From assembly GCA_963742265.1 (NCBI GenBank), contig CAVULC010000004.1, positions 84,733-148,732 on the forward strand: a stretch of DNA of 64,000 nt. The letters run 5' to 3'. Within the stretch, counting starts at the first letter, position 1, and the number at the start of each line of letters is the position of its first letter. Both the position numbers and the translations under genes were made by a program. Shown here in pieces: positions 20,694 to 31,154 of the stretch. The DNA is from an uncultured Acidobacteriota bacterium. GTDB lineage: Bacteria > Acidobacteriota > Vicinamibacteria > Vicinamibacterales > 2-12-FULL-66-21. The notes below the pieces were generated by a model. The model was not told the origin of the DNA. It ran no database searches and was given only the letters and a program-made list of their open reading frames with translations.

Positions 20694-21944
20694 CGAATAT
20701 CGACCAGATTGCGGCGAAAGTGCAGGGCGGCGGACGCATCGATCGCGACGAGGCGATCGAGCTGTACCGCAACGCCCCGACGGCACTGCTCGGTGAGCTG
20801 GCCGACGGCATTCGGGCCCGCATGCATCCCGGCCGGGTCGTCACCTACATCATCGATCGCAACGTCAACTACACCAACGTGTGCGTAGCGCGGTGCAACT
20901 TCTGCGCGTTCTACCGCGTGGTCGGCTCGAGCGACGGATACGTGCTCGGCTTCGAGGAGATCTTCCGGAAGATCGACGAAACCATCGCGCTCGGCGGCGG
21001 GCAGCTGTTGCTGCAGGGCGGTCACAATCCGGACCTTGCCGATCGAGTGGTACGAGGACCTGTTCACGGCGGTGAAGACGCGCTATCCCGAGTTTCCGCT
21101 TGCATGCGCTCTCGCCGCCGGAGGTGATTCACCTGACGCGGATGTCCCGGCTTGACAGTGCCGCAGGTCATCGATCGTCTTGTCGCGGCCGGCCTCGACA
21201 GCATTCCCGGCGGCGGAGCGGAGATCCTCGTCGATCGCGTCCGCAAGCTGCTCAATTGCTACGGCAAAGCGACCGCTGACGAATGGCTCGACGTCATGCG
21301 TGAGGCGCATCGTGCCGGGCTGCGCACGACCGCGACGATGATGTACGGGCACGTCGAGACGCCGCAGGAGCGGCTCGAGCACATGTTCCGTCTGCGCGAT
21401 CTGCAGGACGAGTCTCGGAGGCTCCCTGCCGCTGCGTCAGCGAAGGCCGGCTTCACGGCATTCATCACCTGGAGCTATCAGCCGGAACACACCGAGCTCG
21501 GGGGCTTCGAAGCGACCGGCGTGGAGTACCTCCGGACGCTGGCGATTGCCCGGATCGTTCTCGATAACTTCGACAACCTGCAGGCGTCCTGGGTGACGCA
21601 AGGCGGCAAGGTGGGTCAGCTCAGTCTCGCGTACGGCGCCAATGACATGGGCAGCGTCATGATCGAAGAGAATGTCGTCCGCGCCGCCGGAGCCGCCTAT
21701 TGCATGGACGAGATCGAGATCGTGCGCAACATCGAGAACGCCGGCTTCACCGCGCAAGCGGCGCAACATGCACTACGAGATCCTTGGGGATCCGGTGTTC
21801 CGAGCGCGCCACGTCCCCCGTATGCTGGAACTCGCCGTCGCGCGGACCGGCGGCGACACGAGCCGCCCGCCGGAGATCGCCAACTACTCGGCACGCAGCG
21901 CTTCGGAGAAGCGCCTGCGACGCAATGGCGCAACCGAGCACTGA
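20690..21944 (+). CDS. mqnC: cyclic dehypoxanthinyl futalosine synthase (frameshifted)
   Basis: Motifs DRNVNYTNVCVARCNFCAF (CX3CX2C), LLQGGHNP, SIPGGGAEIL and GANDMGSVMIEENVV. Confidence 0.92.
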
Positions 21945-21962
21945 GCACTTCGCACCGAGCAC
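21935..21962 (+). repeat. heptamer array (YGAGCAC)x4 spanning the mqnC stop
   Basis: CGAGCAC TGAGCAC TTCGCAC CGAGCAC, with the TGA stop inside copy 2. Confidence 0.65.
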
Positions 21963-21973
21963 TTGACGAAGCG

Positions 21974-23164
21974 ATGACGTTTCGAGCGCGCTGGGTCCTG
22001 CCCATCGCCCAGCCGCCGATTGCCGACGGGTGGGTCGCGGTCGCGAGCGGGCACGATCATCTGCGGTCGGCGGACCTGGATCGTACCGCGCGAGTGCCGA
22101 GCGACGGACCGGTGCTGCCGCCGCCATCCTTCCCGGACTGGTCAACGCGCACACGCACCTCGAGCTCTCGTGGATGCGCGACCAGGTGCCGCCGGCGCCC
22201 AGCATGCCGCAATGGGTAGACCGGCTGATGGCGCTGCGCCGTACGGTCGGTCATGAACCGGCCGCACCAATCCTGAATGCGATCATCGAAGCGCGCGCCG
22301 CCGGCACCGCGCTGGTCGGGGATATTACGAATACGCTCGCCGCGTACCGAGCCGCTTGCCGACAGCCAGATGTCCGCGGCGATCTTCCGTGAGCTTCTTG
22401 GTTTCAGTGTTCCGGACGCGAAGCGGCTGGTCGCTGACGTTCGCGCTCAACTCGAGCAGCTGAGCCCGATCGAATGGCTGCGGCCGTCGATCGTCCCGCA
22501 CGCGCCCTATTCAGTCTCGCCGGAGTTGCTGCGCGCGATCGCCGCTGCCCGACAGGGGCGCCGGTCAGCATCCATCTCGGCGAATCGGAGGAAGAAGTCC
22601 AGTTTCTCCGCGACGGGACCGGCGCATGGTGCGCACTGCTCGCCCGGTTGGGTGTATGGAACGACGCATGGATACCGCCGGCATGTTCGCCGGTCGACTA
22701 CATCGAGCGGCACGGGCTTGCTGAACGACCAACTGGTCGCCGTCCATTGCGTGCAGCTCTCCGACGCGGATCTGCACAAGCTCGCTGACGCGAACGCGAC
22801 CGTCGTCACCTGTCCGCGCAGCAATCGGTGGACGGGCGCCGGGCTGCCGCCGATCGAGCGGTTCTATGCGTCCGGCGTCCGAGTCGCGGTTGGGACCGAC
22901 AGCCTTGCGAGCGTCGAGGACCTGAACGTGTTCGGCGAGCTCGCATTGATGCGGGAGCTCGCGCCGTCGGTTCCGGCCGGATCGCTGCTGGAAAGCGCCA
23001 CCCGGCATGGTGCGTCGGCTCTCGGCTTCGGTCATGAACTCGGAACGATCGAGCCTGGCAAGCGCGCCCAGCTCATTGCCGTCTCCACGCCGGTCGACGT
23101 GGCCGATGTGGAACAATACCTGGTGAGCGGGATCACACCCGATCGCATCCAATGGCTCGCATAA
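21974..23164 (+). CDS. amidohydrolase, probable aminodeoxyfutalosine deaminase (frameshifted)
   Basis: Motifs PGLVNAHTHLELS, PHAPYS, IHLGES.EE, CPRSN and GTDSLAS. Context is the mqn operon. Confidence 0.8.
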
Positions 23165-24018
23165 CCACTTACGCGTCCTTCGTTCGGTTCAGCCACTCGG
23201 TGTTCGCGCTGCCGTTTGCGCTGACCGGTGCGCTGCTCGCATTACAACGGACGGGTGACTGGTCGCTTGCGAATGCGGGCTGGCGCCTGCTCTGGATCGT
23301 CGTTGCAATGGTCGCGGCCCGCAGTGCCGCGATGGGCTTCAACCGGCTGGCCGACGCGCATCACGACGCACTCAATCCGCGAACCGCCGGACGCGAAATT
23401 CCGCGCGGCGTGCTCTCACGAGCCGAGGCGGCGATATTCGTCATCGTGTCATCGATCGCGTTCCTGTTCGCCGCATGGAAACTGGGCCCGGTGTGTTTCG
23501 TGCTCTCACCGGTGGCCCTTGGCATCGTGTTCTGGTATTCGCTCGCCAAGAGGTTCACCTCGTACACGCAGTTGTTCCTCGGGCTGGCGATGGCAGTGGC
23601 GCCGGTGGGTGGGTGGCTGGCAGCCGGCGGACGAGGGGGGCCTGAACCCTGGCTGCTTGGCCTCGCCATCGGCACCTGGGTCGGAGGATTCGACGTGCTC
23701 TATGCCTGCCAGGATCTCGAGTTTGATCGCGCACACGGGCTGAAATCGATTCCCGTGCGGTTCGGCGTGGCCGGATCGCTGCTGATTTCCCGCAGCATGC
23801 ATGTCATCACCGTGGCATGCCTCGCGGGCCTGGCGGCGGTCGCACCTCTCGGCCCGGTCTACCTCGCCGGGGTGGCTGGTGTGGCGTTGCTCCTCATTTA
23901 CGAGCAATCGCTGGTCAGCGAGAACGACCTGACGCAGGTCAAACGCGCATTCGATCTGAATGGCTACGTCGGCATCCTCTATCTCCTGTCCACCGCGACG
24001 GCCATCTATGTCCGATAG
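23152..24018 (+). CDS. mqnP: UbiA-like prenyltransferase (MqnP)
   Basis: Motifs FSHSVFALPFA, ARSAAMGFNRLAD..HD..NPRT..REIP and GFDVLYACQD. Confidence 0.88.
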   Translation: MARITTYASFVRFSHSVFALPFALTGALLALQRTGDWSLANAGWRLLWIVVAMVAARSAAMGFNRLADAHHDALNPRTAGREIPRGVLSRAEAAIFVIVSSIAFLFAAWKLGPVCFVLSPVALGIVFWYSLAKRFTSYTQLFLGLAMAVAPVGGWLAAGGRGGPEPWLLGLAIGTWVGGFDVLYACQDLEFDRAHGLKSIPVRFGVAGSLLISRSMHVITVACLAGLAAVAPLGPVYLAGVAGVALLLIYEQSLVSENDLTQVKRAFDLNGYVGILYLLSTATAIYVR

Positions 24019-24664
24019 CGACGTTCCGATCGACCGCGGTGACGCACCGTCGCCGACCTCAAAACAGCGCCGCGTAGCGATTGCCATCACCGGCGCCAGT
24101 GGCGCGATCTACGCGACGCGCACGATGGCGGCGCTCCTTGAACGCGGATGTCACCTGGAACTGGTCATCTCTGATTACGGGAGGCGACTGCTGCGGGACG
24201 AACTGGGCGAGACCGCCTCGGTCGACAAGCTGACGGACTACCTCGTGTCGCAGTATGGGTCTGCGGTTCGAAACGGCAGCTACACGCTCTACAGCAACAA
24301 GGATCTCGGTGCCAGGATCGCGAGCGGCAGCCAGAACTGCGAAGGGATGGTCGTCGTCCCGTGTTCGATGAAGACGCTCGCCGGGATAGCGCACGGATTG
24401 TCGCGCAACCTCGTCGAACGCGCCGCTGACGTGATGCTGAAGGAGCGGCGCACGCTCATCATCGTTCCGCGCGAGACGCCGATGAGCCTGCCACAGCTGC
24501 GGAACATGACCCTGTGCGCTGAAGCGGGCGCGATGATCATGCCGGCGATGCCCGCGTTTTACCAGATGCCGAAAACACTCGATGACCTTGCCGACTTCAT
24601 GGCAGGCAAAATCCTTTCAGCCCTCGGCTTCTCCCACACGCTGTATCCCAGCTGGGAAGGCTGA
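24008..24664 (+). CDS. ubiX: flavin prenyltransferase UbiX family
   Basis: Motifs AITGASGA.Y, IASGS, PCSMKTL, RAADV.LKERR, PRETP and PAFY. Confidence 0.93.
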   Translation: MSDSDVPIDRGDAPSPTSKQRRVAIAITGASGAIYATRTMAALLERGCHLELVISDYGRRLLRDELGETASVDKLTDYLVSQYGSAVRNGSYTLYSNKDLGARIASGSQNCEGMVVVPCSMKTLAGIAHGLSRNLVERAADVMLKERRTLIIVPRETPMSLPQLRNMTLCAEAGAMIMPAMPAFYQMPKTLDDLADFMAGKILSALGFSHTLYPSWEG

Positions 24665-24666
24665 TC

Positions 24667-25380
24667 GTGCCTTCGGCGCCAGATAAGACCCCCACTCGCA
24701 TCGCGCAGATGTTCGATGCGATTGCGCCACGCTACGACCTCCTCAATCGCGTTCTGAGTGCCGGGCTCGATCAACGTTGGCGTCAGCTCGCGGTCGATGC
24801 GCTCGGCCTCGAGCCGACCGCCCATGTACTCGATCTCTGCACGGGTACCGCCGATCTCGCCATCGCGATCGCCGGGCGTCACCCCGGCGCGAGCGTGACC
24901 GGAGTGGACTTCTCCGGTGCGATGCTGCAGCGGGGGCTCGGAAAAGTTCGAGCCGGCTCGCTGGTCAAGCGGGTCCGGCTCGTCCGAGGTGATGCGGCCT
25001 TGATCCCGGTCGCCGGCAGCACGTGTGACGCAGCGACGATCGCGTTTGGAATCCGCAATGTGGCTCAGCCCGAGCGCGCGCTCGCCGAACTCTCGCGTGT
25101 GCTGCGTCCGGGCGCGCGATTGGCTATTCTCGAGTTCGGCCAGCCGAAAATTCCTGGCATCCGCACGCTCTACGCCTGGTACTTTCGTTACGTGCTTCCG
25201 GCCGTTGGGAGGATGGTCTCGCATCATCAGAGCGCGTACTTGTACCTTCCGGCATCCGTCGGTACCTTTCCCCCTCCTGCAGAGTTCGCCCGCACGATTG
25301 AAAGTCACGGATTTGTCTCAGTTCGAGCCGTCCCGCTGACGTTCGGCATCGTCTATCTCTACATCGCGACGAGAAGGTAG
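24667..25380 (+). CDS. menG: demethylmenaquinone methyltransferase
   Basis: Motifs MFDAIAPRYDLLN..LS.G.D..WR, VLDLCTGTAD, FGIRNV and YLPASV..FP. Confidence 0.92.
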   Translation: MPSAPDKTPTRIAQMFDAIAPRYDLLNRVLSAGLDQRWRQLAVDALGLEPTAHVLDLCTGTADLAIAIAGRHPGASVTGVDFSGAMLQRGLGKVRAGSLVKRVRLVRGDAALIPVAGSTCDAATIAFGIRNVAQPERALAELSRVLRPGARLAILEFGQPKIPGIRTLYAWYFRYVLPAVGRMVSHHQSAYLYLPASVGTFPPPAEFARTIESHGFVSVRAVPLTFGIVYLYIATRR

Positions 25381-25419
25381 AACGAGTTCGCCTTCTCGGT
25401 TTATACTTGTAAGTCCTTC

Positions 25420-26370
25420 ATGTACTTCAACTTCGAGGATAATCATCCGGATACTCCCCGGATGGCCAACTCGCTGTCCGTGCTCGAGCGAGTACTTGCG
25501 ACGGCAGTTGTCTACCTGCTCGCGATCATCATCACGCTCGTGGTGCCGAAGACCGAGTGGTACCAGGCACGACTGGTCGCTCAACAGAAGGAACTCGAAG
25601 ACGCGCAGCAGAAGGCGCTCGAGAAGCAGCGCGAAAATGCGCGCTTCGTGTTCATGGCGCCGAAGGTGGAGATGCAGAAGGTTCCACCACCGCGTCGCGC
25701 CGAGCTGTCCGATCTGGATCGCCGCGCCAACTCTGTCGAGAAGCCACCTCGCCCCACCAATCCCTTGCCGTTCTCTCGTGGTAACAGTGCCGAGCGAGTG
25801 GATTCGGCGACCGTCGGGCCCCGTGAAGCGAAGCCCGAGCCGGCTCCGACGCAGCCGGCCGGCGAGCCGGAGGCGAACCGTCCGCCCGTGAAACTTCCCG
25901 ATTCGCCGAACGCCGCACCGGTGAGCGAATCGGTGAAGGCTCGAGGCACACCGACGGGCATTCTCGCCGACGCGATCCGAAACGTACAAAAGTACGCCGG
26001 GGGTGAGACGTTCAACAATCCCCAGGGGGGTGCGCCCAATCAGAACTTTCCATCGATCCAGTTCGACGCCAAGGGTGTGGAGTTCGGTCCGTGGCTGCGG
26101 CGGTTCGTCGCGCAGATCAAGCGGAACTGGTTCATCCCCGACGCCGCGATGTTCATGCGGGGGCACGTGGTGATCACCTTCTTCGTGCACAAGGACGGCC
26201 GCATCACCGATCTCCAGGTCGTGCAGGGCGCCAGTTCGGACGCTCTCAACAACTCCGCTTTCAATGCGCTGGCTGCGTCGAACCCGACGCTCGAGTTGCC
26301 GCCCGAATACCCCGACGACAGGGCGTTCTTCACCGTCACGTTCTACTTCAACGAATCTCCTCCGCGATGA
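25420..26370 (+). CDS. TonB family protein
   Basis: N-terminal TM helix, Pro-rich linker and TonB C-terminal domain (IKRNW.IP, VVITFFVHKDG, LPPEYP). Confidence 0.85.
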   Translation: MYFNFEDNHPDTPRMANSLSVLERVLATAVVYLLAIIITLVVPKTEWYQARLVAQQKELEDAQQKALEKQRENARFVFMAPKVEMQKVPPPRRAELSDLDRRANSVEKPPRPTNPLPFSRGNSAERVDSATVGPREAKPEPAPTQPAGEPEANRPPVKLPDSPNAAPVSESVKARGTPTGILADAIRNVQKYAGGETFNNPQGGAPNQNFPSIQFDAKGVEFGPWLRRFVAQIKRNWFIPDAAMFMRGHVVITFFVHKDGRITDLQVVQGASSDALNNSAFNALAASNPTLELPPEYPDDRAFFTVTFYFNESPPR

Positions 26371-26453
26371 TCCTGCCGACACGAGTGCAGCAAATCGGCC
26401 TCCTGATGTTGCTCGCGGTCCTGTCGGCGCTCGCGGTCTACCGGGCGCTCTGA
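26367..26453 (+). CDS. putative 28-aa single-pass membrane peptide
   Basis: ATGA overlap with the TonB stop. Sequence MILPTRVQQIGLLMLLAVLSALAVYRAL. Fills the gap to the miaA GTG. Confidence 0.5.
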   Translation: MILPTRVQQIGLLMLLAVLSALAVYRAL

Positions 26454-26455
26454 CC

Positions 26456-27430
26456 GTGGTGGATCGGGAAGCCGGCACGGCGCGGCCGCTTCTGGTCGCC
26501 GTCCTCGGTCCCACGGCAACAGGCAAGAGCACGCTCGCAATCCGGCTTGCCAGAATGTTCGACGGCGAGGTCGTCAGCTGCGACTCGACCGCCGTCTATC
26601 GTGGATTCGATATCGGGACCGACAAGGTGCCGGCGGCAGAGCAGCAGGGCGTGCGGCACCACATGGTGGATGTCGCGGATCCAGACGAGGAGTATTCCGC
26701 CGCACGGTATGCACGCGAGGCGGCGACGGTGATTCGGGACATCACGTCGCGGGGTCAGCTTCCGATCCTCGCCGGCGGGACGGGGCTGTATTACCGGGCG
26801 CTGACGAGGGGGTTCTTCCCCGGCCCGAGTCGTGATGCGGCTCTCCGGGCACGATTAGAGGCGATCGCGGCAAGGCGCGGATCCGAACGATTGCATCGTC
26901 TGCTCGCGCGAGTAGATCCCGCCTCGGCCGAGCGCATTCAACCGCGTGACCTCAAGCGAATCGTGCGGGCGGTCGAGGTCTATGTGCTCACTGGACGTCC
27001 GCTGACGGCTCACTTCGCGGACACACAATCCCCGCTCCCTGAGTACGAGATCCTGTCGGTTGCGCTTCAGATCCCGCCGGAAGCCACCCTGGAGCGGGTC
27101 ACCAAACGGGTGCATGCGCAGTTCGAGCAGGGTGTCGTCGATGAGGTTCGCGGCTTGATTGCCTCCGGCCTGGCACTCACCGCACATCCATTCACCGGGC
27201 TCGTCTACAGGCAGGTGCTGGAGCACTTGCAAGGCGTGCGGGATGAGCCGGCGACCCGCGAGTTGATCGTCCGTGAGAACAGGAAATACTCGCGACGGCA
27301 GTTGCTTTGGTTCAGGAAAGAGCCTAACCTACATTGGATTCACGCCGCAGGTGAGCGCGACGAAACGTTGACTGATGTCGCCCGCGTTGTCGCGTCCCTG
27401 GAGAGCCGCCGCGATGTCTCAGCCCGCTAA
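26456..27430 (+). CDS. miaA: tRNA dimethylallyltransferase
   Basis: Motifs GPTATGKS, DSTAVYRGFDIGTDK, GGTGLY and YSRRQLLWFR. Confidence 0.95.
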   Translation: MVDREAGTARPLLVAVLGPTATGKSTLAIRLARMFDGEVVSCDSTAVYRGFDIGTDKVPAAEQQGVRHHMVDVADPDEEYSAARYAREAATVIRDITSRGQLPILAGGTGLYYRALTRGFFPGPSRDAALRARLEAIAARRGSERLHRLLARVDPASAERIQPRDLKRIVRAVEVYVLTGRPLTAHFADTQSPLPEYEILSVALQIPPEATLERVTKRVHAQFEQGVVDEVRGLIASGLALTAHPFTGLVYRQVLEHLQGVRDEPATRELIVRENRKYSRRQLLWFRKEPNLHWIHAAGERDETLTDVARVVASLESRRDVSAR

Positions 27431-27677
27431 CGTCCGTCACGCACCGACACAACCCAACATCCAGGACATGTTCCTCAACCTCGCCCGCCGCGAGAAGTTC
27501 TCGCTGCAGGTGCGCTTGATGGATGGCACCGGGTTCGAAGGGCGGGTGAAGAACTTCGACAAGTTCGCGGTGATCATCGAACACTCCGGCGCCGACCACC
27601 TCGTCTTCAAACATGCGATCGCGAGCATTCGTTCGCCGAAGGCGATCGGCAATTACTTTTCATCCCACGAAGGCTGA
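27414..27677 (+). CDS. hfq: RNA chaperone Hfq
   Basis: Motifs NIQDMFLN, G...EGRVKNFDKF and LVFKHAI. Conserved miaA-hfq linkage. Confidence 0.9.
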   Translation: MSQPANVRHAPTQPNIQDMFLNLARREKFSLQVRLMDGTGFEGRVKNFDKFAVIIEHSGADHLVFKHAIASIRSPKAIGNYFSSHEG

Positions 27678-28862
27678 TTGAGCACTGCGCGTCCGGGCCG
27701 CGTGATCCTGATCGTGATGGACAGCGCCGGAGTCGGCGAACTGCCGGACGCGGGCACGTACGGCGACATCGGCAGCAACACCATCGGCAATATCGCCCGT
27801 GTCGCGCCCCTCAAGGTGCCGACGCTCCGATCCCTCGGCCTCGATCGCATCGTCGACATCGGCAAGATATCCGACGAGACTCCGCTCGGGGCCTTTGGTC
27901 GCATGGCGGAGCGCTCGCCAGGAAAAGATTCCGTGACCGGCCACTGGGAAATCGCAGGCCTGGTGCTCGATCGTCCGTTCCCGACATTCCCGAACGGCTT
28001 TCCCGCCGAGATCCTGGGCGAGTTCGAGCGGCGCATCGGGCGTCGCGCGCTGGCCAACAAGACCGCATCGGGAACCGCAATCCTGGACGAACTCGGCGAC
28101 GAGCACATGCGCACCGGCCGTCCGATCGTCTACACGTCGGCTGACAGCGTCTTCCAGATTGCCGCGCACGAGGAGGTCGTCTCGGTCGAAGAGCTCTATC
28201 GATGGTGCTCGATTGCCTACGAGATCGCCGGCGAAGGCGCAGGTGTCGGCCGGGTCATCGCGCGTCCGTTCGTCGGCAAGCCCGGAGCGTTCCAGCGCAC
28301 GGCCAATCGTCGCGACTTCGCCCTGACGCCGTTCGCGCCGACACTCCTCGACGCTCTGAAGGGCCACGATCTTCCGGTGATCGGGATTGGCAAGATCGAG
28401 GATCTCTTCGCCGGGCGCGGAATCACGAAGGCCGTGCACACCGCAGACGATGACGAAGGTATGGATGCGGTGGCCGAAGCAATGGAGTCGACGGAGCGCG
28501 GGTTGATCTTCGCCAACCTGGTCGACTTCGATACGCAGTTCGGGCATCGCAACGACGTCGCCGGATACGCGGCCAATCTCGAACGCTTCGACCTGCGGCT
28601 GTCTGTTCTCGTGCCGGCGCTCCTGCCGACCGACATGCTGGTTGTCACTGCAGACCACGGTAACGATCCGACCACACCGAGCACGGATCACTCGCGGGAA
28701 CATGTGCCCGTGATGATCACCGGGGCATCGATCACGCGCGGCGTCCACATCGGCACACGCGAGACGTTCGCCGACCTTGGCGCTACGATCGCGGACCTGT
28801 TCGGCGTCGAACCGCTCGCGAACGGCACGAGTTTCCTCGACACCATCCTGACGACCGCATGA
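27678..28862 (+). CDS. deoB: phosphopentomutase
   Basis: Motifs [35 protein letters not shown] and [14 protein letters not shown]. Confidence 0.95.
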   Translation: MSTARPGRVILIVMDSAGVGELPDAGTYGDIGSNTIGNIARVAPLKVPTLRSLGLDRIVDIGKISDETPLGAFGRMAERSPGKDSVTGHWEIAGLVLDRPFPTFPNGFPAEILGEFERRIGRRALANKTASGTAILDELGDEHMRTGRPIVYTSADSVFQIAAHEEVVSVEELYRWCSIAYEIAGEGAGVGRVIARPFVGKPGAFQRTANRRDFALTPFAPTLLDALKGHDLPVIGIGKIEDLFAGRGITKAVHTADDDEGMDAVAEAMESTERGLIFANLVDFDTQFGHRNDVAGYAANLERFDLRLSVLVPALLPTDMLVVTADHGNDPTTPSTDHSREHVPVMITGASITRGVHIGTRETFADLGATIADLFGVEPLANGTSFLDTILTTA

Positions 28863-29905
28863 CCATTCGAGAGCAGCTGGAGCAACGAGAGCGGGAGATC
28901 CTGGCGCCTGAAGCGGCAAAGAGTGCGGATTCCAGGGGGCGGCTGCGGCAGGAGGAAGAAGATCCGATCCGGCCGGCCTTTCAGCGCGACCGGGACCGCA
29001 TCATTCATTGCAAGGCGTTCCGCCGCCTGAAACACAAAACGCAGGTGTTCTTTGCGCCCACCGGCGATCATTACCGCACCCGCCTGACGCACACCCTCGA
29101 GGTCTCGCAGATCGCGCGCAGCATCGCCAAGGTCCTGCGTGTGAATGAGGAGCTGACCGAGGCGATCGCGCTCGGTCACGATCTGGGGCACACCCCATTC
29201 GGCCACGCCGGCGAGCGCGTGCTCAGCGACCTGATCCCGGGTGGATTCAATCACTACGAGCAAAGCCTGCGCATCGTCGACGTGCTCGAGCATGACGGAG
29301 CGGGGTTGAATCTCACATGGGAAGTGCGCGACGGCATCGCCCGGCACTCGAAGGGCAAGAGCGGCATGCCGGTCGGCGCGGATCCGGAACATCGTGCCAG
29401 CACGATCGAAGGACAGATCGCCCGGGTCGCCGACATCATCGCCTACGTCAATCACGATATCGACGATGCGGTCCGCGCCGGGTTGTTGCGTGAAGAGGAT
29501 CTGCCGCGTGAGCGCGTCACCGTTCTGGGCCGCAGTTCATCGGAGCGTATCGGCCGCATGGTCACCGACGTCGTACACCAGACGCTCGATGGCGGAATGG
29601 CCGAGATCAGGATGAGCGATCAGATCCTCGACGCCACTGTCGGTCTCCGCAGCTTTTTGTTCGAAGCGGTTTACGAGAACGAGGTGGCGACCGCCGAGTT
29701 CAAGAAGGCGGGAGGGATCCTCGGCGGTCTCTGGGAGAAGGTCCGCGAACAGCCCACGGAGTACCTGGACGCAAAGACGATCGCGTCGGAAGGCCTGGAC
29801 GTGGCAGCCAAGGACTTTCTCGCCGGCATGACGGACCGTTACGCGGTCAACCTCTACGAGCAGCTCTTCGTGCCGAAGCCGTGGGTCGCCATCCGGCGCG
29901 AATAG
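28859..29905 (+). CDS. dgt: deoxyguanosinetriphosphate triphosphohydrolase-like HD protein
   Basis: Motifs [31 protein letters not shown] and [13 protein letters not shown]. Confidence 0.93.
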   Translation: MTIREQLEQREREILAPEAAKSADSRGRLRQEEEDPIRPAFQRDRDRIIHCKAFRRLKHKTQVFFAPTGDHYRTRLTHTLEVSQIARSIAKVLRVNEELTEAIALGHDLGHTPFGHAGERVLSDLIPGGFNHYEQSLRIVDVLEHDGAGLNLTWEVRDGIARHSKGKSGMPVGADPEHRASTIEGQIARVADIIAYVNHDIDDAVRAGLLREEDLPRERVTVLGRSSSERIGRMVTDVVHQTLDGGMAEIRMSDQILDATVGLRSFLFEAVYENEVATAEFKKAGGILGGLWEKVREQPTEYLDAKTIASEGLDVAAKDFLAGMTDRYAVNLYEQLFVPKPWVAIRRE

Positions 29906-29941
29906 CTAACAGCTAACAGCTCTCAGCTTTCAGTTGTCAGC
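29904..29941. repeat. AGCT-family heptamer array
   Basis: AGCTAAC AGCTAAC AGCTCTC AGCTTTC AGTTGTC AGC, starting in the dgt TAG. Confidence 0.75.
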
Positions 29942-29985
29942 CTCCAGTCTCAACTGGCGCAGATCGGTTTGCATCGCAAACCGCG

Positions 29986-30609
29986 GTGTGCTCCAATCGT
30001 CTCGTGGACCCCGGATCTGTATCGACTGCGGGCGGTAACGATAGTCGCCTGACGCTCATCAGCCTCCGATTCAGGAGCCTGCAGGGTCTCACCAGGGTGA
30101 TCATCGGCGTGTTCATGTTGTTCCTGGCGCTGGGTCCAGGCTGGGAGCACCGGAGTTGGCGCTGGATGCTGCCAGGCACTGTGTCCCTTGGGATCGCGCT
30201 GACGGAGCGGTACTACCGTCGTCGATTCGGGAGGACCGAAGGTGGCCTTTCTGCAGTTGCGGAATACATCGTCCTCGCCTTGCTCCTCGTGCTCGCCGCC
30301 GCGGTGGACCAGGCCGGCGTGGTCCGCGGAATGCCGTCGTTAGTGTTCCTTGCCATAGCCCTCTACAGTTTTTGGATCGCTTACCGCGATCGTCCCTTCC
30401 GTCCCTGGTTTCTGACAATGGCGATCGCCGCGATGGCGTCGAGTCTTGCTGGCCTGGGCACGGCGGGAGAGCCTCGACTCACCCTGTGGCTTCGCCAATC
30501 GTTTCTGTGGATGGCGGGTCCGATGATCCTGACTGGGTGGCTCGATCACCGCTTTTTGGAGCGCAACATGTTCCTTAGAGGCGGATCCGGCGAGACCGAG
30601 CAGTCTTGA
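29986..30609 (+). CDS. hypothetical multi-pass membrane protein (start uncertain, GTG 30004 possible)
   Basis: About 6 hydrophobic segments. Motifs F.SLQGL, YYRRRFG and GWLDH. Confidence 0.65.
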   Translation: MCSNRLVDPGSVSTAGGNDSRLTLISLRFRSLQGLTRVIIGVFMLFLALGPGWEHRSWRWMLPGTVSLGIALTERYYRRRFGRTEGGLSAVAEYIVLALLLVLAAAVDQAGVVRGMPSLVFLAIALYSFWIAYRDRPFRPWFLTMAIAAMASSLAGLGTAGEPRLTLWLRQSFLWMAGPMILTGWLDHRFLERNMFLRGGSGETEQS

Positions 30610-30624
30610 TGGAAGGATGCGTCG

Positions 30625-30958
30625 ATGCCGACCCCGTTTGAACATCTGGCGGCGCTCAACCGCGTCGTCCACGAACCTTCGCGCCTCGCGATCCTGACCG
30701 CACTGTCGGCGTGCGATAAGGCGGATTTCCTGTTTCTCCTGAACATCACCGGGTTGACCAAGGGAAACCTGTCGAGCCATCTCGCGCAAGCTCGAGCAGG
30801 CCGAACTCGTGCGAATCGACAAGAAGTTCGAGGGGAAGCAGCCGATTACTTCCGTGATGTTGACTCGGGAGGGCCGGCTCGCGCTAAGAGAGCACTGGAA
30901 GCGGCTCCAGGGCATTCGGGAAGGAGCGAAAACCCTTCGCGTGCTCAAGGCAACCTAA
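30625..30958 (+). CDS. winged-helix transcriptional regulator (MarR/ArsR-like, one frameshift near 30787)
   Basis: LNRVVHEPSRLAIL..L...DF..L...GLTKGNLSSHL, then shifted KLEQAELVRI.KKF.GKQP.T...LTREGR. Confidence 0.8.
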
Positions 30959-30964
30959 CGCTGC

Positions 30965-31138
30965 GATGAGCCGATGAGCCGATGAGCCGATGAGCCGATG
31001 AGCCGATGAGCCGATGAGCCGATGAGCCGATGAGCCGATGAGCCGATGAGCCGATGAGCCGATGAGCCGATCGGCCGATGGCTCGATCCCGATCATCCGA
31101 TGGGCGATGATCCGATGTGGATAGCCGATTGCCCGATT
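30965..31138. repeat. octamer tandem array (GATGAGCC)x13 perfect, plus a degenerate tail
   Basis: 13 exact copies at 30965-31068, then GATCGGCC GATGGCTC GATCCC GATCATCC and further decay. Confidence 0.95.
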
Positions 31139-31154
31139 TTCAGCTGGCCCGATG

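Noticed and set aside
10760-22760. Dense frameshifts in bamA, skp, fabZ-lpxA, lpxI, the oxidoreductase and mqn genes as pseudogenisation or programmed frameshifting
   Set aside because: They hit essential genes, cluster regionally, come without in-frame stop accumulation or slippery motifs, and 23-54 kb is nearly clean. This pattern fits low-coverage long-read indel errors.
29955-29973. Sigma54 promoter TGGCGC...TTTGCA upstream of the accessory membrane gene
   Set aside because: GG-to-GC spacing is 13 nt, not the required 10.
30965-31138. CRISPR array, or a repeat protein (ORF 30884-31201, RLIGSSAH repeats)
   Set aside because: Contiguous 8-nt units with no spacers and no cas genes. The peptide is just the translation of the VNTR.
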